A stretch of 64,000 nt of DNA from Octopus sinensis (lineage: Eukaryota): NCBI RefSeq assembly GCF_006345805.1, contig NC_042998.1, positions 18,724,001-18,788,000 of the forward strand, in the 5' to 3' direction. Below the pieces are notes generated by a model, which worked only from the letters and a program-made list of their open reading frames with translations, searched no databases and was not told where the DNA came from. Positions 38,986-53,561 of this stretch are shown here, piece after piece. The translations under genes and the position numbers were made by a program. Position 1 is the first letter of the stretch. Each line of letters starts with the position of its first letter.

Positions 38986-40418
38986 AGAAAAGAATATATA
39001 TCAACACTAAGGATGAGAAGTGGAATGTGCGAGAAAGTAAACAAAGGAGGAAATAGGGAAATGTCCTGTCAGATATCGCAAGATTTGTATTATGTAATAG
39101 ATGTGAAAACAAAAGAAGGTAAAAACTGAGAGGAACGTAAGGTAGAGGAACGACCTTGTAAGAGAGCAGCAAGAGGAAATAAAGGTGACTGGAATGGAAT
39201 AAAGGAGGATTGTTACAGATGTCCGTAAATTCATTTGACTTCAGTCTGGTCAGAGGGGCCTTTTCCAGCGACATAAAGGAAGTTACCGTAAGTTTTGCAA
39301 TTCTCTATGATCGTTGAAATTTAATATCCCGTGTACTTGTTTGAGTTGTACGCGATCATATTCTATTATAAAGGTTTTATTACATTCTAGAAGAAGCGGA
39401 AAAGGCGTGGTTATGTATTAGAATTCGTACACGAGCAGAAATTCACATGCACAAATGGCAAATCACGTAACACAGAGCTAATAATTTATGAAGCAGCTGT
39501 CATCTCTATAAAATCCAAGCTAGGAGAGACAAGAAAACATTACACAGGCATGCAGAGTAGTTTAAATAAATATTTCATGGATTTATTAATATATGCACAA
39601 TTTTATAAACAGAGATAAACAGCAAGATTAACACATCTCTTCAGCTTACTTTTTCTCTCGAATCTCACCTTTCTCTTTCTACCAATGTATTTACTACACT
39701 TTAATCTCGGACTCTTTTATCTTTGTCCTATTCCCCTCACCTCTCCAATTTTCATGTGCCACATGTTTATAATTCCAACATTCACCTATCCTCCTCAAAC
39801 TTTATGTATGTACATTTTTTATTCTTATTTATCGATTTCTCTCTTAATTTCACCCAACACAACTTTTCTCTCTCGAGTTATGATAATAAGCTTTGACTTG
39901 ACCAAAATTTGTAAAGACAGATCCACTCAACGTCAATTCAGTTATATTACAAAAGTTATTCAATTTTCCGGAAGTGGAATTTTGAAGGCTGATTGTCTAT
40001 GTTCTCTATGAATATTTATCGCACTTCTAAGAAAAATCAACAGAAAACTATTTACGAAAGAGGACTGAAAAATGAAACCTGAGATAACACTTAAGTTAAG
40101 GTTATTCCTTTTGATTACTGAATAAAAACATATACACATATGTACGCATACAAACGCACGTGCATACATACGCACACACACACACAGCCACACGCATACA
40201 TACATGCATACAGATAGACAAACAGATCTACGTAAATTCATATATACATAGATATATGTTTGCGTTTATGTGCTTCTGTGAGTGGGCCATAGAATGGGTA
40301 GGAAGGTAATTCTTAATAAGGTTTTGGATTGATTTCCTTTCATGGCATCTTGGACAAGTCTCTTTCATTTGTGTTGAGAGTGTAGACTCATCTCATATAT
40401 TTTAGTAATAATTGGAAT

Positions 40419-40465
<47 letters not shown>

Positions 40466-40547
40466 AGATTCCGTTGGATAATTCTGAATATATTACTTCA
40501 AGCATATAGGATTTCTGGAATATATGACATCAGAAATAGTAATAGTA

Positions 40548-40762
40548 ATGGTATCAGATTTTGCCAGAAGGGCAGCAGTTTTGGAGGAAGCAATGGGTCG
40601 ATTCTATCGACTCAAATGTTCAACTGGTGATTATTTCATCGACCTGGAAGAGATGAAAGGCAAAGTCGGCCTCGGTGGAATTTGAACGCAGAACATTGTA
40701 ACAGGTGAGATCCTACTAAGGGTTTCATCCAGCGTGTTTACAATTCTGCCAGTTCACCGCCT
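40548..40762 (-). mobile_element. old SINE family B copy (alternative tail)
   Basis: gatgaaaggcaaagtcggcctcggtggaatttgaac...ttctgccagttcaccgcc. Confidence 0.75.
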
Positions 40763-41137
40763 TTGACAATTATAACAATGGATTCAAATTTTACCACTTG
40801 GGCAGCCATTTTGAGGGAGTCAGCGAATCTGTCACTGCAGCCAGTTAAGAAACCGGTGTGTATTGATTCTGAAGCTCAAAGCTTGAAGATACGATAGAGG
40901 TGTTTTTCTTGTTTTGTCTTCAAATTATAATTGTACAATGACTAAATAAAAGTTATATACCATTCAGAAATGTGTGCTTAGTATTTTTAGAAGTAGGTAA
41001 AGCGACTTTTGGTCATCCCTGTACGCTCACAGACACACACACACACAAACATATATATATATATACACACGAATACACACACACCTGTATATACACACAC
41101 ATATATATACATATACACACACCTAGATAGATAGAGG

Positions 41138-41220
<83 letters not shown>

Positions 41221-41389
41221 CACTTAGTCATAGCAAAATATACAGTTTGATGTTTAAAACAACAGATCTATTTCAGAAAAAAAGAGTTTGTCGTGTACAG
41301 AACGTAATAAGATATTATATATAACGACAAAGGAGCAAAAACTACGTATTGATCTTCAGTAGATATATATATGTATTAATATATATATA

Positions 41390-41430
<41 letters not shown>

Positions 41431-42034
41431 TGATAGAAAGATGGATATATAGATAGACAGATAGACAGATAGTAGTATAGATAGATAGATTGATAGATAG
41501 ATAGAAAGAAAGAAAGATAGATAGATAGATACATAGATACAGATAGATACATAGATAAATAGATAGATAGATAGATAGATAGACAGATAGAAAATCTATC
41601 TATCAATATATCTAATCAATGAATGAGTCTGTACATACATGATTATGTGTTTACGGATAGACATGTGTGTATTTATTGTATGCACATGTGTGTGTGTGTG
41701 TGTGTGTGTTTGTGTATGGGAGAGGTTTTTCTTTGTTTTATTCTATCTCCTTTTTATTGATATGATTGTGTGTACTTAACTAGAGTTGAAAGGAAATGAA
41801 GGATTTTATAGCACTTAAAAATGTGAATATATATTCAGTTACTTGCATGAACAAGAATCCTAATACATGTCCATTTGACAAATAAGCAATACAGAAATAA
41901 TAATCTAGGCGGAAGTTATCACCTGTAAAAGACTCCAAGCTGGAAACAATATAGCCTTTTATGAGCATCAGAATATGCAGATAGAATATCATAAAATAGG
42001 TATCTTTCAGTTTCCCCTTCGCTTCACCTTACAA

Positions 42035-42072
<38 letters not shown>

Positions 42073-42126
42073 ATATATATATATATATATACAATGCACA
42101 CATATACACACACGTGTATATGCATT

Positions 42127-42677
42127 TCTATTATATAAAATCCGTTCTCTCTGTCTGTGTGTGTGTCTTCTAGGATTTCGGGCATCCTCCATCCGATTGC
42201 GCTCAAATTTGATATTTAGATACCGACGGTATCAGCGAGTGTATAAGTCTTGAAAAAATTACAAAAATCGATTCCAGGTGAGAATACGATCGATAAAGCC
42301 GTTTTTGTCCTGATTTTCTTCCGTCAACCTGTACATAACTGCACCTTCCATTTTTGTTGTTTTTGTACTGCTTAAAGTCACGTTTCTTTCCTACCAAGCC
42401 TACTGTTTAAACCATATTTGTGTTCTCGCAGTCAACAGCCTTTTCATTACTGGTGCTTTAAACTCTTCGGTTGCATATTTGTGTGAATAAAATCGTTTTT
42501 CTTTGGAATGGAAAAATGTCTATCTTTATTTCTTCTTTTGCTGGTGTCTCAACATTAGGTGAAATCAGTGTTTCTCAAAGGTGAGGCCTATGAGCAGTCG
42601 GACAAGTTGTTTTGAGAAAATTTAGTTTAAATGCTTGACAATTCAGCACCGTCCATTGGACGGGATGCGTTTTGCTC

Positions 42678-42678
<1 letters not shown>
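42127..42678 (+). mobile_element. non-autonomous Helitron (same termini as 8200-8749)
   Basis: First ~170 nt match the 8200 copy; 3' hairpin ccgtcc-att-ggacgg and CTCG|T end. Confidence 0.75.
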
Positions 42679-42723
<45 letters not shown>

Positions 42724-43280
42724 GTGTGTGTGTGTGTATTTGAGATCGGTGGTAGGGATATTTTTCTTCGGTTTGCTATTCTATGCATAATGAAATGCAA
42801 CATACTCTAAGGACAAGCCAAAGCGAACAAAACTACTTTACATCATCTATTGCAGAATATTTGATCCAGAATTAAGAATTATGACGATACATTGTATTAA
42901 CTCATTATGTAATTAACTTACGATGAACTGTTGCCCGTTGTAAATGCCATAATTTAATAATATTCGTAATTAATTTATAATGAACTATAAATGTTAATCC
43001 CTTGACTATAAATATTAGGAGACTTCAGTTGTGATTTAATGGAGGTTCCCTTCTATGTTTTGGGATGAAAATTGGTAGTTCCAAATGCAAAGAATGATGT
43101 AGTCATCGGTAAATATCGTTAAACTTATTTTGTTTTTAAGCCCATGAGAACTGCGGCTCTATTTTGTACTAGAAACGGATGTCCAAACTGTTCAAGATCC
43201 TTACCGTTTATGGATTATACAGAATTATCGATGAAATTCGGTGTTTCAGTGCTTGTTTGTACGAGGCAGAAGTAAGCAAC

Positions 43281-43512
43281 TTATTTATTTACTACCCAGA
43301 AGGGGCTAAACACAGAGGGGACAAACAAAGACAGACAAACGGATTAAGTCGATTACATAGGCCCCAGTGTGGAACTGGTACTTAATTTATCGACCCCGAA
43401 AGGATGAAAGGTAAAGTCGACCCTGGCGGAATTTGAACTCAGAACGTAGCGGCAGACGAAATACTGCTAAGCATTTCGCCTGGCGTGCTAATGATTCTGC
43501 CAGCTCGCCGTT
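43281..43512 (-). mobile_element. SINE family B monomer
   Basis: TSD agtaagcaac on both sides. Confidence 0.9.
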
Positions 43513-43942
43513 ATAGTAAGCAACCGTTATAGTAGATACAGTGATTGTTCTGTCACGGTGTTCTAGTAATAACGAAATAATTGCTGAGAACTATTAGATA
43601 ATCGTGTACAGAAAATATGAGTGAAAGTTCTCGTATTGTTTGAAGAATATTACTGGAGTTTGCAAAATACTCGTTATCACCTTTTCTGGTAAGCTTAAGG
43701 TCATATTTCACCTACGCATCAATCAGATCTTTTGCTATCCTGAAAAAAAGTTGAACAGCTGGTTGTAATAAACTCTGTGAATGATCATGTGAAGAGCAGT
43801 AGAAACAAGTGTTAATTTTTTTCGGCGAATCACGCGAAAGTATCGTTGAAATTTCGTTAATTTTATCCAAAGTTGATGTATTTTTCTGAGTTTTTTCTGG
43901 GAAATAAACTCGTTCATCATCTTCCAAACGAATAATTACCTA

Positions 43943-44173
43943 TTTCTTTCCTACCCACAAGGGGCTAAACACAGAGAGGACAAACAAGGGCAGACAAACG
44001 GATTAAGTCGATTACATCGACCCCAGTACGCAACTGGTACTTATTTAATCGACCTCGAAAGGATGAAAGGCCAAGTCGACCGCGGCGGAATTTGAACTCA
44101 GAACGTATCGGCAGACGAAATACGGCTACGCATTTAGCCCGGCATGCTAACGTTTCTGCCAGCTCGCCGCCTT
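43943..44173 (-). mobile_element. SINE family B monomer
   Basis: TSD gaataattaccta at 43930-43942 and 44176-44188. Confidence 0.9.
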
Positions 44174-44384
44174 GAGAATAATTACCTACAGAATGCTGGT
44201 CTGGCGATCCTGAATAAACCACGTCCATATATTCGAAGCATAAACAAATCAGATGTACAGTAGCTGTGAACATAACCTTATATATAATTTGCGTTCTTAT
44301 GCATGTAATTCACCGCTACTTCTAAAGAAAGTGGACAATGTAACCGACTATTTTTCAGCATAAACTTCATTTGCAAGAACACTG

Positions 44385-44714
44385 GGAAGCACTCCGTCGG
44401 TTACGACGATGAGGGTTCCGGTTGATCCGAATCAACGGAACAGCCTGCTCGTGAAATTAACGTGTAAGTGGCTGAGCACTCCACAAACACGTATACCCTT
44501 AACGTAGTTCTCGGGGATATTCAGCGTGACACAGAGAGTGACAAGGCCGGCCCTTTGAAATACAGGTACAACAGAAACAGGAAGTAAGAGTGAGAGAAAG
44601 TTGTGGCGAAAGAGTACAGCAGGGATCACCACTACCATCCCCTGCCGGAGCCTCGTGGAGCTTTAGGTGTTTTCGCTCAATAAACACTCACAACGCCCGG
44701 TCTGGGAATCGAAA
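44385..44714 (-). mobile_element. SINE family C, 5'-truncated at the B box
   Basis: Near-identical to the 19879 copy. TSD tgcaagaacact at 44372-44383 and 44715-44726. Confidence 0.9.
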
Positions 44715-44839
44715 TGCAAGAACACTAGTTAAAACGTTATTCCAGTCTTGCTTTCCCCCCGCATTCATCAGATTTATTACACAGGCTAAAAAGTAAGTTC
44801 GTCGTATAGTTCAATAATATATTCGCAGAAGTGCTGATT

Positions 44840-45085
44840 AAAAGTTAAAACTTCTCGAGTCATGCCGACTAATAAGGGTTGGTTTCTGGTTACCATGGCA
44901 TAAAAACTCTTCACTTGGACGGCATGCCGGTCTGTGGCAAGATTATTCGTGTTTTTCCAGTTGATTGGATGGAAGCAACGTGAAACGAATTGTTTTGCTC
45001 AAGATTACAATGCTTCCACTATTCGAAACCAAAATATTACGTTCATGAGTTCCATACAATAACCACTACGTCACACATCTCCACT
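44840..45085 (-). mobile_element. old tRNA-derived SINE
   Basis: gcaacgtgaaacgaattgttttgctcaagattacaa and aaccactac, a degraded central domain and A box on the minus strand. Confidence 0.45.
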
Positions 45086-46133
45086 AGAAATGCTGGTTAA
45101 GTCTATATATTTAAATGAACGGGTTCTTTTTTTTTTTAAGCTTTTTATCTTTTGATCTGTTCCCTTCATTATACTGCGGCCATGCGTGGGCACTTCCATC
45201 TAGAATTGTAGGCGTACGAATCGACAGTTTTTTTTCTTTTCATTTTTAAGTCTGGTATTTATTCTATCAATCTCTGTTGCCGAACCGTTCAGTTAGAGAG
45301 GTAATCACAACAAAGCTGGATCAAGTAGTGGCGGGGAGAAACACAGACGCAAAGACTCATAGAAATATGATTATAAATATCCATACATACATATATATAT
45401 AATCAGAAAATGGAAAAAAACTCAGATTAACAAACACATCGATTGGACCACATTTATAGCTCATTTTTAATACAAAGCATGACATAATAAATAGGAGACG
45501 TAATAAATCTTACGGCTGTTTCCGCATCCGTTGCCAAACGTTGTCTATAAATATTTGCGGTTACATTCCGTTAGGTATGTGGTAGAATACAGTACAAAAC
45601 TTGTCCACCTACAAAATTATCCAGTGCTATCGGTATTATTATATGCGGCCGTTCGTCGCGTGTGAATACAAAATTGAATAAATTGATGTCAAAAAGAAGG
45701 AATAAGGTACGACACTTATTCATTGTTCGCTACAGTTGTTTCGACGCAATATAGTTCCCGAAGAATACATGTTTGTTTGCATAATGAGATCTAGTTGTGC
45801 TACTTCAAGCGATATACAAGTGTTGTCTCCGTTAGTTTAAAGTCGTCGACTTCAACGCCATCTCCCTTGTTTCTCATGGTTTGAATCTTGTAGCGGCTGA
45901 TAGATCCATGGCGTGTGCCGCGACAGCGCGTCTGTCAGACTGTTATGAATGGTAGTAGATGATACTGTCAGGCATTTAAATGGGATTAGTCTTGTATTAG
46001 GTTGCCTCTGTGATATATTCTTTATGGAGGCCTACATATGTGTAGTTTCTAAGCCGACTTTTAGTATTCAGTGGTCGGATACATACTCAATTTCACACAC
46101 ACACAGACTCACACATACACTATCACACACAAA

Positions 46134-46166
<33 letters not shown>

Positions 46167-46379
46167 TTACATACACCCATACATGCACTCACATACGTTT
46201 CTGTACATAGGCGTATATACATATCTATATCTAGGCAACTATAAATACGTGCATATATACATACATATAAAATACATATATGTGCATGTGTGTATCTATG
46301 TATATATGTAAGTGTGACTTGCAGTGGGACTAGGAAGCGAACTGCTCACCACGCAGCCACACCCATTTATATACATATT

Positions 46380-46590
46380 CAACCCCAGTACTTATTCTTT
46401 TTAAGCCTAGTACTTATTCTATCGGTCACTTTTTCCCATATATATATATATATATACAATCGGCTTCTTTCAGTTTCCGTCTCCAAAATCCATAATACAA
46501 GACGCTTGCTGAAGATGCCATTCATTGAGTCTGAACCTGGAACCATGTAGTTTAGAAGCAAGCTTCTTACCACACAGTCACGCCCGTGCC
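46380..46590 (-). mobile_element. degraded SINE family A pieces
   Basis: tacttattctatcggtc, ggcttctttcagtttccgtct, gaaccatgt...cttaccacacag. Confidence 0.7.
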
Positions 46591-47539
46591 TATATAAATA
46601 TATATATTTATACATACAAACATACATATATTTTATGTATATGTACATAATATATTTGTTTTATGACTTGGGTACATTTAGATGTATTTCTGTGCATGCT
46701 TCTATTTAGGTGTGAGTAATCGACAGTCCTTAGTCTAAAACCTTCCCAGATTTATATAACGTTCGTACCTTTTAGGTCGAGGCAAGGCTAACTTTTACTA
46801 AGACACATGCCACATTATAGTATGTCACCAATGAGGTTTGTTTTTAGTCAGATGTAGCTGTTGTTTCTAGCACTACATTTAATTCGATAGAGAATACATC
46901 GTCAGCTCAATAGCCCTCAGTCTTGCCACTTTATACAGCTTATGATCTGTGCTACCCTTGCAATTTTATCCCGCAGCTGAGTGTGGGAAGATAATCACAA
47001 TATGAAATTAATAGCCTAAAATCACGGCGACGTGTTTTTACGAAACAGGATACACACCTAGCATTAATTCGGGTACTTTTTAAATATTCTACATTTTGCT
47101 GCGGAAAACTACATCCTGCTTCGTCACCAATAAAAACCTAAGGCGCTTCTTGTAGTTTAATGAAATCAGTGAATCGATAACATTTTTCGAATGTTTTTAA
47201 ATCTGAACCACCCACATCAAAATTTTCGAAATTTCGGTCTGAATGTTTTTATAAGATTATTCGGAATTAAATTGTTTTTTTTTTAATTCACGCCATTTTT
47301 TTTTTTTTGTTCTTTTTCTTCATATAAAGAATTTTTACTTCCATATCGTAGAGTAGCATGATATGTAAATATGGACGGCTCGTTAAGTAGTCATCCACTT
47401 AAGATATATTGCTTGAAAAAAATGTCTTCAATGTGTTTACATATTTTCTTCGAAAATAAGCTTAAGTGTCTGACACAGACAAAATTATCCTTCTAAGTGG
47501 ATTCATATATGTGGGCATGAGTATCTACTCATGCGTGTG

Positions 47540-50500
47540 TATCGCACGGACGCGAGACAGAGGTCCCTCCCTCAGGAGAGAACAAAAACAAAAAGTTAAA
47601 AGAAGGGAAAAAAGCGCACTGACCACTACTGAAAACGGTATGCAGATGTGGTGCGCGGAAACCCAACAGGTGGCCAGCTTCACCCAGATGTGAGAAGGGC
47701 GGCAGCTGAACAGCAGTCTTTTTTGGTGCATGGCACAAAATTGTTCACAGCTGACCTGGCTACAAGCACAAAGCTGAAAACTACCACCACATAAGGCCAC
47801 CTCCAACAGATGCAGGATGGCCACCACAGACACCAACACCAACACACACCACACAAAATATTTCTACTGAATGTAGGAGGGCTGCTGCGCGGAAACTGTA
47901 AAAAGAAAATTTTCATTCCTGAGAGACCTTGTGACATGCAATCAAGCTATATGCATGGCACTCACAGAACCGCATCTTGAACCCGATATAGGTGATGCAG
48001 AAATACACATGCCGCAATATGCAGTCATACGCACAGATAGAAAAGGGAGGAGCCATGGTGGAGTTGCATGTACATCGAGATGACCTCACGCCCCAGGTCC
48101 TGCTGTCATATTCAAACTCAGTATGTGAAACTCAAATTGTACACATAAGACAACTGAATATCGTCATATGCACTACATATCGCCCACCAGGACGCCCCAA
48201 AAACACTCAGGCATGTTTGAAGACTGCCTAACAAAAATAGGAGAAGTCCTCACCAACCTTGAACAGCACAACAGTGTATTCTTCATGGGTGACTTTAACC
48301 TCCCCAATGTGGAATGGCCTGGGGGGGCAGATGCTCCCAGGGATGACCACCATCAGCAGGCACAGGTGGAGTCCCTGCTCCATCTCACAAATACCTTTTC
48401 ATGGAGCAAATAGTTCTGCAACCAAGAAGGGCAGATAATATACTGGATCTCTGCTTCACAAACAATATGGATATTATCCATAATGTTAATGTGATGCCGA
48501 CAATGATCTCGGATCACAACATAATAGAGCTGTCTATGTATGGAACAAAAGCCCCCGCAGACACACAGCCTATACGACACCCACCATCTCTCCAACTTAA
48601 ACTTTCATAAAGCCAACTGGAAGTCGATTGAGAAAGAGATCCTCAAACAGGATTGGCCTGAATGTCTCTCCACACCGGACATAAACATGAAACACAAACA
48701 CTTCATGTCCATAATACAAGCCATATGTGAACAAATATGTCCCAATGTGCAGGGCCAGCACACACAAGAACAAAACAGGATCCCTAGAGAAAGGAGGATT
48801 CTTATGAGACGACGGACAAGGATTGCAACCGCCTGAGCAAGCACACCAAAAGTGGTGAGAAGTCTCGGCTCGAAAGAATGCTAATGGAAACTGAGAAAAG
48901 TCTACATCAGTCCCATGAAAAGGAGAGAGCAGATAAAGAAGCTTGGGTAATAGAAATATAAAATCAAACCCTAAAGCTTTCTTTACGTTTGCCAAAGAGA
49001 CAGCCACAGTGCACCAGAGAATAGGACCTCTCTTCCAAAAAGATGGCTCTCTCACAGGAAATCCCACGAGGATAAGTGAAATACTGAACGAACAGTTCCA
49101 AAGTGTGTTCACTACACCTCTAGGACACAGGCAGTACAACCCAGAAGAATTCTTTGCCACTTTAGCAGCGGCCAAAGAGACAAAAATTGAGTACATCAAC
49201 ATCGAAGAAGATGATATCACACACTAGCCATTGATGAGATTGACACAAACTCAGCTGCTGGACCTGATGGATTCCCAGCGATCCTTCTCAAATCGTGCAA
49301 ACGAGCCCTTGCAAAACCGCTACACAGCTTCTTTTTCAGAGCTTTCTTGCAAGTGGTAAGCTCCCAGTCAAACTGAAAGAGGGGGTAATATGCCCTATCC
49401 ATAGGGAGGTAGCAGAGCAGATGCTAAAAATTATAGGCCTATCTCTCTGACCTCACACATCAGCAAAGTCATGGAACGAATAGTCCGTAAGAAACTAATC
49501 ATGTTCCTTGAAGAAAATGACTTACTGTCTGACCCCCAGCATGGATTTCGACCAGGTAGAGGCTGCCTAACACAGCTCCTGCAACACTATGACTGGGTGT
49601 TGAAACAGCTACTAAATGGCTCAAATGTGGATGTAATATATCTGACTTTGCAAAAGCCTTTGATAAAGTCGACCATGGTATGATCTGTCACAAACTGCGT
49701 GGTCTCGGCATAGGCGGGAAACTTGGAGAGTGGCTGCACAACTTCCTAAAAGACAGAAAACAGGCAGTTGTGAGCAATGGAGCCACCTCCAGGGAAACGC
49801 AAATAACAAGCGGTGTCCCACAGGGCACTGTCTTGGGGCCACTGATGTTCATAGTGGCCCTTTCAGACATGCCTTCAGTTGCTACGATGACCACCCTTGC
49901 TAGCTATGCAGATGACACAAAAGTCTCCCACGCAATACAAAACCCTGAAAATATTGCGCATCTGCAACATGAGCTGGACAGGTGGGCTGAGGACAACAAC
50001 ATGCAGTTTAATGCAGGTAAGTTCCAGGCCCTGCGCTACTGGCACACAAAGGTAAATGACGTGAAGACTGGATACACTGGCCCAGGAAGAATTGCAATCC
50101 CTGAGTCAAAATCAGTGCGTGACCTGGGCATTGACATGAGCAATGATGCATCTTTCCAAATGCATATTGCTAATCTGGTGATAAAATGCAGACGGATAGC
50201 TGGATGGATTCTCCGAACTTTCAGAACAAGAGAGAGGAGACACTGATGGTCCTATGGAAAACATTTGTCCTCAGCCGCTTGGACTACTGCTCCCAACTTT
50301 GGTCACCACACAATATAAAACAAACCAGCAGAACTCGAAGCAACTCAGAGAAGCTACACAAAGAAAATTCGTCTCAATGCAAAATGTCAGCTACTGGGAA
50401 AGACTGAAGGTATTAAACCTCTTCTCCCTGGAGCGGAGGCGGGAGAGATATGCAGTGATATACATCTGGAAAATCCTGGAGGGTCTTGTCCCAAACTTTG

Positions 50501-50883
50501 GCATTCAAAGTACTCCAACCGCAGAACGGGGCGCCGCTGCGTGGTGCCAAGGATTCCAACATCACCATCAAAATACAGGTCCAGATACTGCAACAGCTGG
50601 TTTCAGAGGACCACAGCTCTTTAACATCCTCCCTAAATGCCTGAGAGACTTACATGGTGTGGATGTGGTTTCTTTAAAACTCAACTGGATCTCTTCTTGT
50701 TGGGAGTCCCAGATGAACCTACCTCACGACAGGAGACACAGATGCGGGCAGCAGCATCGAACTCCCTTGTTGATCAAGTGCCACGTATCAGAGGTGGATT
50801 CACAAACTAGTGTAGCTCATTCAGCGGTGGTGCCCCAGCATGGCCGCGGCCTTCGGGCTAAAACATTTTAAGGATTTAAGGAT
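47540..50883 (+). mobile_element. CR1-group LINE, near-complete APE+RT ORF2 with frameshifts
   Basis: APE motifs LNVGGL, LTEPHL, YRPP, MGDFN, LDLCFTN, SDH. RT motifs YRPISLTS, QHGFR, GVPQGTVLGP, YADDTK. C-terminus LDYCSQLWSP, YWERL...SLERRR. Tail (aaggattt)n. The 5' boundary is uncertain. Confidence 0.9.
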
Positions 50884-50886
50884 ATG

Positions 50887-50937
<51 letters not shown>

Positions 50938-50942
50938 GTATA

Positions 50943-50981
<39 letters not shown>

Positions 50982-51078
50982 GTGTGTGTGTGTTTATGTA
51001 TCTATGTATGTGTGTGTATATGTGTGTGCGTGCGTATGTTTATGTATGTGAGTGTGGGTATGTGTAGATAGATAGATG

Positions 51079-51149
<71 letters not shown>

Positions 51150-51443
51150 GATGGATGGATGGATGATGGATGGATGGATGGATGGATGGATGGATGGATG
51201 GATGGATTGATGGATGGAGAGACAAATAGATGTATGAGTGTTATTATTCTTGTATTATTTTATTAGTTTCAGTAATTTGTCTGCGACCATGCTAGAGCAT
51301 CGTGTTTAGTCGAAGAAATCGATCCCTAGGACCCTTACGGTGAAGTAAATACACCCACATCGGTTCTCAAGCGATGGTGAAGGGACAAACTCAGACACAC
51401 ACACACACATATATAAGTATGTTTTTGGTATGAAACTTCTGAT

Positions 51444-51481
<38 letters not shown>

Positions 51482-51629
51482 TTTGGTAGTGATGGGTTTT
51501 TTTTATTACAGCGCCGTGATTTACAGTCCTGTAAATAATTATAATGGTATTTTTATATAAACTTTAAGCTTTCATAAAAATACCATTCATATATGTGGGT
51601 GTGTTTACTTCACCGTAACTTAGAGTTTG

Positions 51630-53226
51630 CCAGCATGCCCCGGCAAACCCATCCAGATTCTAGCGTGCCCTGGCAAACCCCTCCAGATTCTCTCCCAGAG
51701 CTTTCTTGCAAATGGCAAACTGCCAAACGAGCTGAAGGAGGGAATAATATGCCCAATCTATAAAGGAGAGCAAATGCCAAAAACTATAGGCCTATCTCTC
51801 TGACTTCAAACATCAGCAAAGTTATGGAACGGATAGTCAGAGGGAAACTGATCGCATTCCTTGAAGAAAATAATTTGCTGAGTGATACCCAGCATGGCTT
51901 TTGACCAGGTAGGAGCGGCCTGACCCAGCTCTTGCAACATTATGACTGGGTCGTAAGGCAGTTACTTAACAACTCAAATGTGGACGTAATATACCTTGAT
52001 TTTGCAAAAGCTTTCGACAAGGTGGATCATGGTATGATATGCCACAAACTGCGCGATCTTGGAATAGCTGGAAAACTTGGAGAGTGGTTACATGGCCTTT
52101 TGAAAGATAGGAGTCAGGCAGTAGTGGCTAATGGAGCCACCTCTATGAACACACAAATAGTGAGCGATGTTCCACAGGGCTGTGTCACGGGACCACTGCT
52201 TTTTATAGTGGCCCTCACAGATATACCCTCAAGTGCCCGGATAGGCACCCTTGCAAGCTATGCAGATGATACGAAAGTCTCGCAGTAAATACAGAACCCT
52301 AGCGATGTTGCACACCTGCAGTAGGGGTTGGACTCAATTTATAGATGGGCTGAGCATAATAATATGCAATTTAATGCTGAAAAATTCCAGGCCCTGCGCT
52401 TCCAGCAATCCAAACTGAATATGAAACTAACAGGGTACACTGGTCCACAGGGTATTTCAATCCCAGAGACTAAATCAGTGAGGGACCTGGGTATCGACAT
52501 GAGTGAGGATACCTCTTTCCAAGTGCACATTACCAGGATGGCGACAAAATGCAGACAACTGGTTGGATGGCTCCTAAGAACATTCAGAACCAGAGATAAG
52601 GAAACTATGATGGTTCTCTGGCGGACATTCGTCCTCAGCCGCCTGGATTACTGCTCACAGCTATGGTCGCCCTCCAGTGTTAAATTAAAAGAGGACCTTG
52701 AAGCAATCCAGAGAAGATTCACAAAGAAGATCGTCTCTTTGCAACAGCTCGGCTACTGGGAAAGGTTGGAACAGCTAAGACTCTACTCCCTGGAGAGAAG
52801 ACGGGAGAGGTATGCAGTAATATATATCTGGAAGATCCTGGAAGGAATTATGCCAAATTTTGGCATTGAAAATTACACCAATGCCAGAACTGGACGACAC
52901 TGCATAGTGCCAAAGATCCCAGCAACACCATCGCGCTTCAGGAACAGTTACTGCAACAGCCTGGGTTTCAAGGGACCACAGCTTTCTAATATTCTAAGAG
53001 CTTGAGGAGCCTGCACAAAGTAGATGTAGGGGGTTTTAAATCAAAGCTGAACCTATTCCTGTCGAGAGTCCCAGATGAACCTACATCACGGCATGAGGTG
53101 CAAATGAGGATAGCTACATCAAACTCCATTCCTCACCAAGTGCTACATGTTACAGGAGGCTCTCAGTAATAACAGTGTAGCAAAACTGCGGTGCATCAGC
53201 ATGGCCGCAGCTCTGAGTTGAAACTT
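51630..53226 (+). mobile_element. CR1-group LINE, 5'-truncated (RT half), sister family of the 47540 element
   Basis: VIYLDFAKAFDKVDH, VPQG, YADDTK, LEAIQRRFTK, YWERL, with several in-frame stops. Tail gcggtgcatcagcatggccgcag. Confidence 0.92.
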
Positions 53227-53249
53227 ACCTTTGCTATTACTATTGTTTC

Positions 53250-53445
53250 TCTGTTTGTCACTCACCAGCGCTTGAGATCCGGTGCTGGTGTGTTTACGTC
53301 CTTGAAACTTAGTGGCTCGGGAAAAACATGTTAGAGTAAGTGCCAAGCTTTAAAATGTATTGGGCTCAGTTCATTTGACTAAATATTATTAAAGGCTGTG
53401 CACCAGCGTAGCTAGAGTCAATTGAGTGAAACAAGTTAAAGATAA
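53250..53445 (+). mobile_element. degraded SINE family A 3' half
   Basis: ccggtgctggtgtgtttacgtcc...gagtgaaacaagttaaag. Confidence 0.65.
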
Positions 53446-53502
53446 TAGACATATACACAGACACACACATATATATATATATGTGTGTGCCTCTGTGTGT
53501 GT

Positions 53503-53561
<59 letters not shown>

